A stretch of DNA of 63,966 nt from an uncultured bacterium (GTDB lineage: Bacteria; Zixibacteria; MSB-5A5; CAIYYT01): NCBI GenBank assembly GCA_903903945.1, contig CAIVAP010000112.1:1-63966 (forward strand), written 5' to 3'. Below the pieces are notes generated by a model. It was not told the origin of the DNA and made no database searches. It saw only the letters and a program-made list of their open reading frames with translations. The position numbers were made by a program, and so were the translations under genes. This document shows positions 56,482 to 63,966 of this stretch, piece after piece; the first letter of the stretch is position 1; every line of letters begins with the position of its first letter.

Positions 56482-58038
56482 TTAGAAAGATAGACCTTTA
56501 ATCAAATTGATTTCCACGATATTGGCGGTGTAATATTCATCCCGCACCAAAAAGTCATCGAAGTTGTGCACGTTGTAGATTGCGTCGAAGCGCATATCGT
56601 CATAGAAACGGAACGCCGCAGAGCACCTGATGTTGAAGCTTTCTACATCCAGATCGCGCTTGCTCCGGTAGTAAGTCGCGCCCGCACTCAAGGTGAGGCC
56701 GTGGTATTCCTGCGAAGTGGCGTCACCGTAAAGCAGGTGATCAGTAAACTTGAAATTCCTCGTACTGTTCTCGTAGTCGCCCTTGCCGTAGGAATAACCG
56801 GCTGTGAGGGTCGCATATTTCTTGAGCGTGACGCCACAGTCAATTGTCGCGCGATTCAGTGTGACCTTGCTGCCGATGTCATCGTTCTTGCGCACCTTGC
56901 CTTCGTACTTGAGCGCGATGTTTCCCACATTCGTGAAGCGATACTTGCCACTAAATCGGTAGCGGTTGATGTCTTCGTTGCCAACCAGGCGAACGCTCTC
57001 TTTCACATCCTCGGCGCGAGTGCCATACTCGGCGCGCAACTCGGCCTGAGGCACCGGTTTGAGCCAGCCGGAACCGTACAACGAGTTTGCATTCGTCCGT
57101 TTCCAGTACTGGTCGTTGACGTCATACTGGTAGCCGACGGTCACGCCACCATAACGATGGTTGGTGTAACCGGCATAGAAGGCGTGTACCAGATTGTCAA
57201 AGGCGGTGTAATCGCTGTCGGAGGAAGTGCGATCCAGCATTACATAGTACTTGAAAATGAAATCGGAAGGCAACGCCATCGAGGCGGCGCCCCAACCGCG
57301 ATTCGAACTGATCATAAAATCAGTTTTCTTGTACTTGGTCTCGAAGTGACGGAAACCACCTTGCAACACGATCCATTCATAACGCGGCACCGGCACAGTG
57401 GCTGCAAATCTGCCTTCAGTTCGATCCTGATCACGATTGTCATTGCGATTGTCGCGGAATTGATTGCCACGGTATTCGCCCACAACCATCATGCCGCGAT
57501 AAGTGATTCGGGCGCCACCGTTGTAGAAATACTGCTTGTAGTCGACATCAACTTTATCGCCACTCGGACTAGGACTGAACAGATCGGTTGTCGAGCCGGT
57601 GCGTCCCATGTTGGCGCCGCCGCCGAAGAGTTCGATGTACCTAACCGGATGAAACGACAGCGAAGCGCCCTCATTGTGGCGTCGCGTGGTGCTGCCGCCG
57701 TGGAAGTCATAGATGCGACGGAATTGATTATGCGATAGCTTCAGAGAAAACAGCCCCGCTTTACCAATGTCCGCGGTCAGGTTGCGGTTGTTCATGGTCA
57801 TATTCCGCAGGTTGGCGCGAAGTAACATGCCATTCTTGAAATCGTAGCGGAAATTTTCCAGCGAGAGCGAGGCGCCCTCGTAATCGTTGAAAGTGGCGCG
57901 ATTGGCCGACAAGTTACCGGTTTCATCCAAAACGATGTAACCGAGTTTGATATCGCCGTTGCCGGCAGCAGTCGCCACGGCCATCATCGGCATCCAGATC
58001 ATTGTGCCAATCAGCAGTGCTTTAGCGAACTTCATCAT
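56482..58038 (-). CDS. Outer-membrane beta-barrel protein (MtrB/PioB-like role, by context)
   Basis: About 518 aa with a signal peptide (MMKFAKALLIGTMIWMPMMAVATAAG). There are no haem motifs. Beta-strand-like alternation runs throughout, and the protein ends ...INLIKGLSF. ATG 58038 or 58035 follows GAGGAGGA; the track starts at GTG 58050. Confidence 0.72.
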   Translation of the reverse strand: MMKFAKALLIGTMIWMPMMAVATAAGNGDIKLGYIVLDETGNLSANRATFNDYEGASLSLENFRYDFKNGMLLRANLRNMTMNNRNLTADIGKAGLFSLKLSHNQFRRIYDFHGGSTTRRHNEGASLSFHPVRYIELFGGGANMGRTGSTTDLFSPSPSGDKVDVDYKQYFYNGGARITYRGMMVVGEYRGNQFRDNRNDNRDQDRTEGRFAATVPVPRYEWIVLQGGFRHFETKYKKTDFMISSNRGWGAASMALPSDFIFKYYVMLDRTSSDSDYTAFDNLVHAFYAGYTNHRYGGVTVGYQYDVNDQYWKRTNANSLYGSGWLKPVPQAELRAEYGTRAEDVKESVRLVGNEDINRYRFSGKYRFTNVGNIALKYEGKVRKNDDIGSKVTLNRATIDCGVTLKKYATLTAGYSYGKGDYENSTRNFKFTDHLLYGDATSQEYHGLTLSAGATYYRSKRDLDVESFNIRCSAAFRFYDDMRFDAIYNVHNFDDFLVRDEYYTANIVEINLIKGLSF

Positions 58039-58046
58039 GATCCTCC

Positions 58047-59006
58047 TCACCGTACCCTGTCGTGACAGCCCGACTGATAGCAGTCGGCAAAGAACTTGGT
58101 GTTCAACTGCGGGTCCAGAAACATGCGGTTGTCATCCGAGCCATGAATGTCGGTGTGGCAATTGACACAGTCGACTTTGATCCCCATGCCGGAATGCGCC
58201 GTACGATGCGCCGGCGGAATGCCGTGGCATTGAAGACAGACGCCATTGCCCGGTTGTGCCAACAGACGATCGTTCGGGGAACCGTGGGGGTCATGGCATT
58301 CGGTGCAACCGCCGCCGTTGAACGAATAGGTCTCGGTCACCGGATGCTCAAACGCATGCGGCCCCGAATATTCGCTGTGGCAATTCTGGCAGGCCCAGTC
58401 GATGCCGCGCGCCAACGTCGGATCCTTGCGGTCGTCCGGAAAATGGCAACTGGAACAGCGGATATTGTCGGTCACTAGCGGATGCGCCGACCGACTTTTG
58501 AATTGGGCGACAACATTAGTGTGACAGGTGCCACAATAATCATCCGTGTCATCCTTAACCAGCGATCTGCTCTTGTTGCCGTGCACCGTGTGACACGAAC
58601 TGCAGGTAAGTTGCGCGCGCCCGTGCGGATCGGTAGTGAGCATTGTCGCCTGATGGTCATTCAGGTGGCAGCCGCTGCAAACCTCCGCCTGTTTGGGGAG
58701 AGACAGATCAGCCGGATTGACGATGTTGTCCTTGGTAGGGTCCTCAAGATGCTTCTCCCAGTCCGGATGGCAGCCGATGCAGCCAACGGTCACTTTCGCC
58801 ATCTTGTCGTCGACCATCGTTAGCTGGTGTGTTGATCCTTTGAGATTGTCCGCCGCCTCCGGATGACACTCCAGACACGCCCCCGACTTGGAAATCATGT
58901 CATCGCGCGAGTAGGGAGGCGAAGCTTCTGCCAAAGGGATAGTTGCAATCAGGAAAAAAAGGAGCAGCAGAGTCCTTGAGACTTGTGCACTTCCTTGTTT
59001 ACTCAT
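58047..59006 (-). CDS. Periplasmic decahaem c-type cytochrome (MtrA/DmsE-like)
   Basis: 319 aa with a signal peptide. Ten CxxCH motifs (CLECH, CIGCH, CSGCH, CSSCH, CGTCH, CSSCH, CQNCH, CTECH, CLQCH, CVNCH) plus one CYQSGCH. Confidence 0.85.
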   Translation of the reverse strand: MSKQGSAQVSRTLLLLFFLIATIPLAEASPPYSRDDMISKSGACLECHPEAADNLKGSTHQLTMVDDKMAKVTVGCIGCHPDWEKHLEDPTKDNIVNPADLSLPKQAEVCSGCHLNDHQATMLTTDPHGRAQLTCSSCHTVHGNKSRSLVKDDTDDYCGTCHTNVVAQFKSRSAHPLVTDNIRCSSCHFPDDRKDPTLARGIDWACQNCHSEYSGPHAFEHPVTETYSFNGGGCTECHDPHGSPNDRLLAQPGNGVCLQCHGIPPAHRTAHSGMGIKVDCVNCHTDIHGSDDNRMFLDPQLNTKFFADCYQSGCHDRVR

Positions 59007-59067
59007 ATTGACCTCGTCACTGAGTTAGACAATTAATATTTCATCGCTCTTTAGACCCTGCCCAGAT

Positions 59068-59085
59068 TTGTGAAGTAGTTCACAA
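59068..59085. promoter_or_regulatory. Perfect CRP/FNR-family-type palindrome TTGTGA-N6-TCACAA upstream of the porin-cytochrome operon
   Basis: The sequence is ttgtgaagtagttcacaa, centred about 70 nt upstream of ATG 59006 in the 343-nt intergenic region. Confidence 0.5.
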
Positions 59086-59349
59086 CCATCGAACCGCTTC
59101 TGCCAAATGGCAAAGATAGGCACTCTTGGTGTCAAGTCAACAAAAACAATTGAATAAACATCGCGTTTTACCACATTGACTCTTCAATTATCGCGTGGAT
59201 CGACAGAAACTTGAGTGGTTAGACCCATTTTTTCGACAACAGCAATTGTCCGATCTGACCCGCCGAGGCTTCATGTGAAATCCTATCGGCTTTGCGGATT
59301 TCGGAGCCGCCACTATTTCTTAGAGAGTTCTCGAAACGATGAAGAGAGA

Positions 59350-60087
59350 CTATTCCCAGCGGAAGGTTTTGGCGGAGACAATCAGCCCAACCACCATCAT
59401 GACCACAAGGACAGTTACTTCCTTGAGATGAGCGCTCCAAGGTTCGCCGAGCCAGAGTCCGGTAAGAAGATTGACTACGTGAGTCAACGGCAGGATTTGG
59501 CCATAGGTGCGAACCGCTTCCGGCAATACCCATTTGGGAATGGCTGCACCCGAAAGAAACAGCATCGGATAGTAGAGTGCCATCACCATGACCTGTGCGC
59601 TGCGAGCGGTTCTGGAGATGCTTGCCAGCACAAAGCCCAACGCAAAGAAGCTGCAACTTGACAGTAAGAATCCCAGAATCACTGAGAACACGTTGCCATT
59701 GAAGCGAATTCCGAAGGTTATCTTAGCGGCGATAATCAAGAGCACCATTCCGAGCGCGGTCATTAAAAACAGCACCAGCACTTGTGAAGTCAGAATACTG
59801 ATGGGTGTGAGAGGTGTGGCATGCAGACGACGAAGAATGCCCAACTCGCGCGCTGCTGCGATCGAGATCGTAAGCGACACTAACCCGGTTGTGGCGATGA
59901 TCATTGCAGTATATGCAGGTATTGACAGGTCAACGGTGCCGAGGCCGAAGTATTGCGCTTTGTTACCGAAGACGCTGCCAAAGATGAAGAGCATCATCAG
60001 CGGGAAGACAAGTGTAAAAAACGCCGCCATTGGCTCACGCAAAAAGAGTTTGAATTCGACGGAAGTTAGTTTCCAGAAGCCGCGCAT
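59350..60087 (-). CDS. ABC-2 type exporter permease
   Basis: 245 aa with six hydrophobic helices. It starts 4 nt after the ATPase gene. Confidence 0.82.
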   Translation of the reverse strand: MRGFWKLTSVEFKLFLREPMAAFFTLVFPLMMLFIFGSVFGNKAQYFGLGTVDLSIPAYTAMIIATTGLVSLTISIAAARELGILRRLHATPLTPISILTSQVLVLFLMTALGMVLLIIAAKITFGIRFNGNVFSVILGFLLSSCSFFALGFVLASISRTARSAQVMVMALYYPMLFLSGAAIPKWVLPEAVRTYGQILPLTHVVNLLTGLWLGEPWSAHLKEVTVLVVMMVVGLIVSAKTFRWE

Positions 60088-60091
60088 GGTG

Positions 60092-61075
60092 TCAATCCTT
60101 CATTTCGTGGCCGGTAACAGCCAAAAAGACGTCTTCAAGATTTGGTTGCTCCGTGCGCAAATCGGAAAAACGTATCCCCTCTTTCGCCAGAGCGGTAACG
60201 ACTTCAACAACCAGCATCTCGCCCTTGCCCTGGACCAAGACGCGGTCGCCGTTCTGCTCGACGAGAGTGACTCCCGACAGGCTGCGGCAACAGGCGATGT
60301 CGTGCGGCTCTTTCAGCGTAAGCACGACCCGGCTTTCGACACCGAGCGATTGAATCAGATTCTCCGGTGTGTCGAGGGCGACGATCTTGCCCTTGTCCAT
60401 GATGGCCACGCGGTCGCAAAGACGTTCGGCCTCGTCCATAAAATGGGTTGTGAGAAAGATCGTTTTGCCGCTGTCGCGCACGGTGCGAATCAAGTCCCAC
60501 ATAGTACGCCGTGCCTGCGGATCGAGCCCAGTGGTCAGCTCATCGAAGAAGACCAACTGCGGGTCGTTGATCAGAGCCAGCGCAATTTGCAGTCGCTGCT
60601 TCTGCCCTCCGGACAGCACGGCGAAGGCCGTGTTTCGTTTGTCGGTCAGACCCAGTTGCTCAAGAAGCTTCTCCCAGTCAAGCGGCGATTCATAAAACGA
60701 GGCAAACAGATCAAGTGCTTCCCAGACCTTGAGGCGCGGCTGCAATTGTGATTCCTGCAACTGCACGCCGACTTTACGCCTGATGTCGTGAATTTCCTTC
60801 TGCGGATCGACGCCAAACACACGGATCGAACCACGATCCTGTTGTCGCAAACCCTCGATACATTCGATGGACGTAGTCTTGCCGGCGCCATTGGTACCGA
60901 CCATACCGAAGATCTCCCCTTGGTAGACTTCAAAGGATACATCGTCCACCGCAATGGTAGAACCATAGACCTTACGCAGGTGCTCGACTTGGATGACGGG
61001 TTCACTCACCAATTTGAATATACGTGTTGTTTTTGTGTTGGTTGATAAAACTGCAATTCTCCCTGCCCCTAACAT
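60092..61075 (-). CDS. ABC transporter ATP-binding protein (ABC-2/DrrA-like)
   Basis: Walker A GTNGAGKTT, signature LSGGQKQRL, Walker B LVFFDELTTGLD. ATG 61075 gives a 22-aa leader; GTG 61009 (VSEPVIQVEHL) is an alternative start. Confidence 0.88.
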   Translation of the reverse strand: MLGAGRIAVLSTNTKTTRIFKLVSEPVIQVEHLRKVYGSTIAVDDVSFEVYQGEIFGMVGTNGAGKTTSIECIEGLRQQDRGSIRVFGVDPQKEIHDIRRKVGVQLQESQLQPRLKVWEALDLFASFYESPLDWEKLLEQLGLTDKRNTAFAVLSGGQKQRLQIALALINDPQLVFFDELTTGLDPQARRTMWDLIRTVRDSGKTIFLTTHFMDEAERLCDRVAIMDKGKIVALDTPENLIQSLGVESRVVLTLKEPHDIACCRSLSGVTLVEQNGDRVLVQGKGEMLVVEVVTALAKEGIRFSDLRTEQPNLEDVFLAVTGHEMKD

Positions 61076-61113
61076 TGACGCAGGTTGATGACTTGTTACA
61101 AATGGAGGAGCTA

Positions 61114-62754
61114 CTATTCCCGCTGCAGCAGCATCAGGGTGATGTCGTCTGAACGGGGAGCATCGCCAACAAATTGGGAGACGTCGTTGATCAGGGAGGT
61201 TGCGAAAGCATCAGGGGGTTCGGCGCGGTGGTCGACAGTGAATTTTTCGAGGCGTTCGTCGGAGTAGAAATCCTCAGTGGCATTGATTGCTTCGGGGATA
61301 CCATCAGTAAAGACCAACAAACGATCGCCGGCAGCAAGCGTGACTGTCCGAGATTCCCAACCTACACCATCAAACACGCCGATCGGCATGCCGGTGGCTT
61401 CGATATATTCGATTTTGCCGTCGTTGCGCACCAAGAGCGGCGAGTTGTGGCCGGCATTGACATACGTGAGTGTGTGATTGTTCGCGTCGAGCACCGCCAG
61501 AAAGGCGGTCGCGAAATCGCCTGAGCGGCTGGAGCCGTGCAGTTGCGCATTGACCCGCGTTGTCGCTTCGGCAACATCGAAATCGGAGTTGCCCCGCAGC
61601 ATGCGAAACGCCGACAAAATGTTGGATGCCAGCAGCGCGGCGCCCATGCCTTTGCCGGACACATCGGCCAGCAGGATCAGCACTCGGCCATCCCGCAGCA
61701 GAGCGGCGTCATAAAGATCGCCACCAACCATCTTACACTGCATTTGGAAAGCATGGAAAGCGTACCCGGGAACCACCGGCAGCACCTTGGGCATCAGTTC
61801 CTCCTGAATCTGCGAGGCGATGCGCAACTCGGATTCAAGAGCTTCTTTCTCCTGACGCTCTTTGAGCAAACCTTGGTTGATGATCTTGGCGGCAAGGATA
61901 TTGCCAAATGTGGCTGTGATTTTGAGAGACTCTTCATTAAAACGCTGCCACGGATCGGCCGTATCGGCATAGAGAATTCCCAGCACCTTTTGTTCATTGA
62001 TCAATGGCACGGCCATTGCCGAACGAATTCCGGAGACGACAATCGATTCCTGTTTGGCGAAACGTTCATCGGAGATCAGATCGGAAAAGAGTACGGCCAT
62101 TTTCTTATCTAGTACTTCTCGCATGATCGAACGCGAGATCGTAAACGAATCGGAGCCCTTTTGATCGGACAACCGATAAGTCACCAAGGTGAGGGTCTCG
62201 CTGCCTTCACGCGCCAGAAACACTGCGGCACGTTCGGCATGAACAATGTCCTGCAGCAGAGCAAGAGACTCGCTGAACATTTCATCAGCGCTCTGCGGAA
62301 GGATTAGCATTTTGGCCATGTCAGAAATCGCCTTGAAGATCCGCGGGTTGGTGTAGTCCTTCAGCGCCAACGGCTGTAGGGCTTCATCAATCGGCAGCAA
62401 GGACATTGACGTGTGACTTTCGACCCCATCGGTCACTGCAACTTTCGGTTTGGGGGGAGCCGTCTCGGCGGATGATATCATGAAACCGACGATGCCAAAC
62501 GTGATCGCATCACCGACCTTGACATCAACCGTGCCGGTGATCTTGCGATCATTAACCAGCGTGCCGTTGAGGCTGGCCAGATCGGTGAGCCGAATTTTGC
62601 CGTTTGCGGCAATATCAAGCTGCGCGTGCCGGCGCGATACCGTGGCATCATTTACCGTCAAATCGGCTGGGGGAACCCGTCCGATGACATAGGTACCGGG
62701 TTGGAGTTGCCAATCGTGGCGATTGCCGTACTGTGGACTTGATAGGCGGTACAT
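61114..62754 (-). CDS. FHA-GAF-PP2C (SpoIIE-type) serine/threonine phosphatase
   Basis: 546 aa. N-terminal FHA domain (GRVPPADLTVNDATVSRRHAQLD...NGTLVN), a central GAF-like region, and a C-terminal PP2C domain (GGDLYDA, ADVSGKGMGAALL, FTDGIPEA, DDITLMLL). Confidence 0.82.
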   Translation of the reverse strand: MYRLSSPQYGNRHDWQLQPGTYVIGRVPPADLTVNDATVSRRHAQLDIAANGKIRLTDLASLNGTLVNDRKITGTVDVKVGDAITFGIVGFMISSAETAPPKPKVAVTDGVESHTSMSLLPIDEALQPLALKDYTNPRIFKAISDMAKMLILPQSADEMFSESLALLQDIVHAERAAVFLAREGSETLTLVTYRLSDQKGSDSFTISRSIMREVLDKKMAVLFSDLISDERFAKQESIVVSGIRSAMAVPLINEQKVLGILYADTADPWQRFNEESLKITATFGNILAAKIINQGLLKERQEKEALESELRIASQIQEELMPKVLPVVPGYAFHAFQMQCKMVGGDLYDAALLRDGRVLILLADVSGKGMGAALLASNILSAFRMLRGNSDFDVAEATTRVNAQLHGSSRSGDFATAFLAVLDANNHTLTYVNAGHNSPLLVRNDGKIEYIEATGMPIGVFDGVGWESRTVTLAAGDRLLVFTDGIPEAINATEDFYSDERLEKFTVDHRAEPPDAFATSLINDVSQFVGDAPRSDDITLMLLQRE

Positions 62755-62789
62755 CTTCAGGGTTTTACGTAATCAACCATCGATTTCGT

Positions 62790-63356
62790 TTAACTAACTT
62801 GCTTTCGAGTTCTGCTCACATATTTCATCGGCAAAGCTTGAGACATTCCTTTGAGATGTCGCCAAGTTACGCCAAGAATGGCCAACAAGTATCCGAGCAG
62901 AGTGCCATAACCACCCATATGGATCTTGAGATGAACACTGTCGGGACCGAGGCGGAAAAAAAGCACTCTCTTGCCACCTGCGATCGTAATGCAACCATAG
63001 ATGATAACTCCCCCAGCAATGATTGTCGCGGCAATTGTGACCAGCTTTAGCAAAGCGAGACGTTTCTTTTTGCGAAGCAGGAAGAACGCTCCGAAGATCG
63101 CCAAGGACATTAACAGAACAATCCAGTAGATGCCGCCAAAATCCATACCGGAGTAGCTTGACCTACCGAGGCACGAAATTTGAATCCAAGGCAGGAAGAA
63201 GCTGACAAATGCAATAGCGGCTCCAGCGGGAGTGAGGAAAATCAAGCGATTGTCGGCATCCTTGTTATCCATACAGGCGAGTAATAAGCGGATTTGCGGA
63301 TGGATGTCAAGGGAAGCAAATTGTGCGTAGCCTTCGTCACCTTTCGGAAGAGTCAC
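62790..63356 (-). CDS. Hypothetical membrane protein
   Basis: 188 aa with four or so hydrophobic helices. Its GTG start overlaps the upstream stop. Confidence 0.55.
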   Translation of the reverse strand: MTLPKGDEGYAQFASLDIHPQIRLLLACMDNKDADNRLIFLTPAGAAIAFVSFFLPWIQISCLGRSSYSGMDFGGIYWIVLLMSLAIFGAFFLLRKKKRLALLKLVTIAATIIAGGVIIYGCITIAGGKRVLFFRLGPDSVHLKIHMGGYGTLLGYLLAILGVTWRHLKGMSQALPMKYVSRTRKQVS

Positions 63357-63724
63357 GACTCCCGTCGGTTGACCTGCCTAATCAACTTCCCTACGCCTGA
63401 CCATCTTACCCACCGCTTTTCCGAGAGCAACATCGAAATCACGATGATCGGGATCACGACATAAGCTGCGCCGAAACATATACCGACGATTGCTTTGGTC
63501 TCGGGAGCCCAAGGCATAAAGAGCAGTAACGCTATCGGTATCAGCAGAAAGCCGCAACCAAGCACAACCACAAAGAAAAACAGCAGCATCGTCACGATGA
63601 CAAAACGCCGAGTGCCCTTAAGCACCTTCAAGTAAGCAACGGCTGCCTCGATCTTGAGCAGGTCGATAATAGTCCGGACATAGGACTCGATCAAGTCTCT
63701 GATGAAATTCGCGATAGAAATCAT
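63353..63724 (-). CDS. Small two-TM membrane protein (YqjE/holin-X-like, tentative)
   Basis: 123 aa with an amphipathic N-terminus and two long hydrophobic helices. It lies downstream of a DUF883-type gene, as in the E. coli yqjD-yqjE arrangement (from memory). Confidence 0.55.
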   Translation of the reverse strand: MISIANFIRDLIESYVRTIIDLLKIEAAVAYLKVLKGTRRFVIVTMLLFFFVVVLGCGFLLIPIALLLFMPWAPETKAIVGICFGAAYVVIPIIVISMLLSEKRWVRWSGVGKLIRQVNRRES

Positions 63725-63794
63725 CTTATTCTCTTATTGGGATTCAAGAGCGGCGGATGGAGACATCCGCCGCCCACAAATCGATTGCGACCCA

Positions 63795-63966
63795 CTACTT
63801 TTTTGATCTACCGAGGAAATAGCCGAGAATCAAAAATCCCAGCGCCGTGCCGCCGAGATACGGCCACGGATTTTTATGAACGCTTTCGTCAACCTCGGAC
63901 ACCAATTCCTTGGCTTTCTCCGTGCCACGGTGATAAGTCTCGACAACATCATGTTGCAGTTTGCCG
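63795..63966 (-). CDS. DUF883 (ElaB/YqjD-like) membrane-anchored protein; N-terminus outside the window
   Basis: Not in the ORF track because it is truncated by the edge. The reverse translation reads ...GKLQHDVVETYHRGTEKAKELVSEVDESVHKNPWPYLGGTALGFLILGYFLGRSKK*, which has the family's typical NPW...G...LG C-terminal anchor. Confidence 0.7.
   Translation of the reverse strand, partial: GKLQHDVVETYHRGTEKAKELVSEVDESVHKNPWPYLGGTALGFLILGYFLGRSKK

Noticed and set aside
56566-57738. Long antisense ORFs inside real genes. Examples are 56566-57738 (390 aa), 16420-17577 (385 aa), 59588-60751 (387 aa), 53028-54029 (333 aa), 12003-12815 (270 aa) and 13388-14125 (245 aa).
   Set aside because: They are shadow frames opposite genes with unambiguous motifs (porin, cytochrome, ABC, AAA+, hydrogenase). 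Their translations are Arg/Gly/Val-rich and motif-free.

Overview
This window is a chromosomal segment from a diderm bacterium. I recognise about 50 protein genes and one tRNA. I see no rRNA, CRISPR array, transposase, integrase or phage gene. My guess, from memory only, is an uncultivated FCB-type lineage such as Zixibacteria. Gene blocks from left to right: (1) phoB-phoR and pstSCAB on the minus strand. (2) hypF-hypC-hypD-hypE, a maturation protease and a group-3b-type (sulfhydrogenase-like) NiFe hydrogenase operon that carries an embedded stand-alone cNMP-binding ORF. (3) A membrane-anchored multihaem cytochrome. (4) Seven scattered genes for secreted proteins that all carry the same twin-repeat dockerin-like module. 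These include a metalloprotease with thrombospondin-type repeats, an SBBP beta-propeller protein, a beta-helix protein, and two adjacent genes with cohesin-like N-terminal domains. (5) Housekeeping genes: rpmG, mutM, a UvrD/PcrA helicase, ispE, spoVG, tRNA-Gln, glgP and a tricorn-like protease. (6) A GlmL-like ATPase operon with no B12 mutase nearby. (7) A BchI-like AAA+/VWA pair. (8) A three-gene porin-cytochrome cluster: periplasmic decahaem, beta-barrel, surface lipoprotein cytochrome. It is preceded by a perfect TTGTGA-N6-TCACAA palindrome. (9) An ABC-2 exporter, an FHA-GAF-PP2C phosphatase and YqjD/YqjE-like membrane proteins. The candidates I rate highest are the porin-cytochrome conduit with its CRP/FNR-type operator, the cohesin/dockerin-like surface assembly set, the cNMP-binding ORF inside the hydrogenase operon, and two families of structured intergenic repeats. 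All functions are inferred from motifs read in the supplied translations. No database search was run. The ORF track translates GTG and TTG starts as M, so several starts were re-evaluated and remain approximate.
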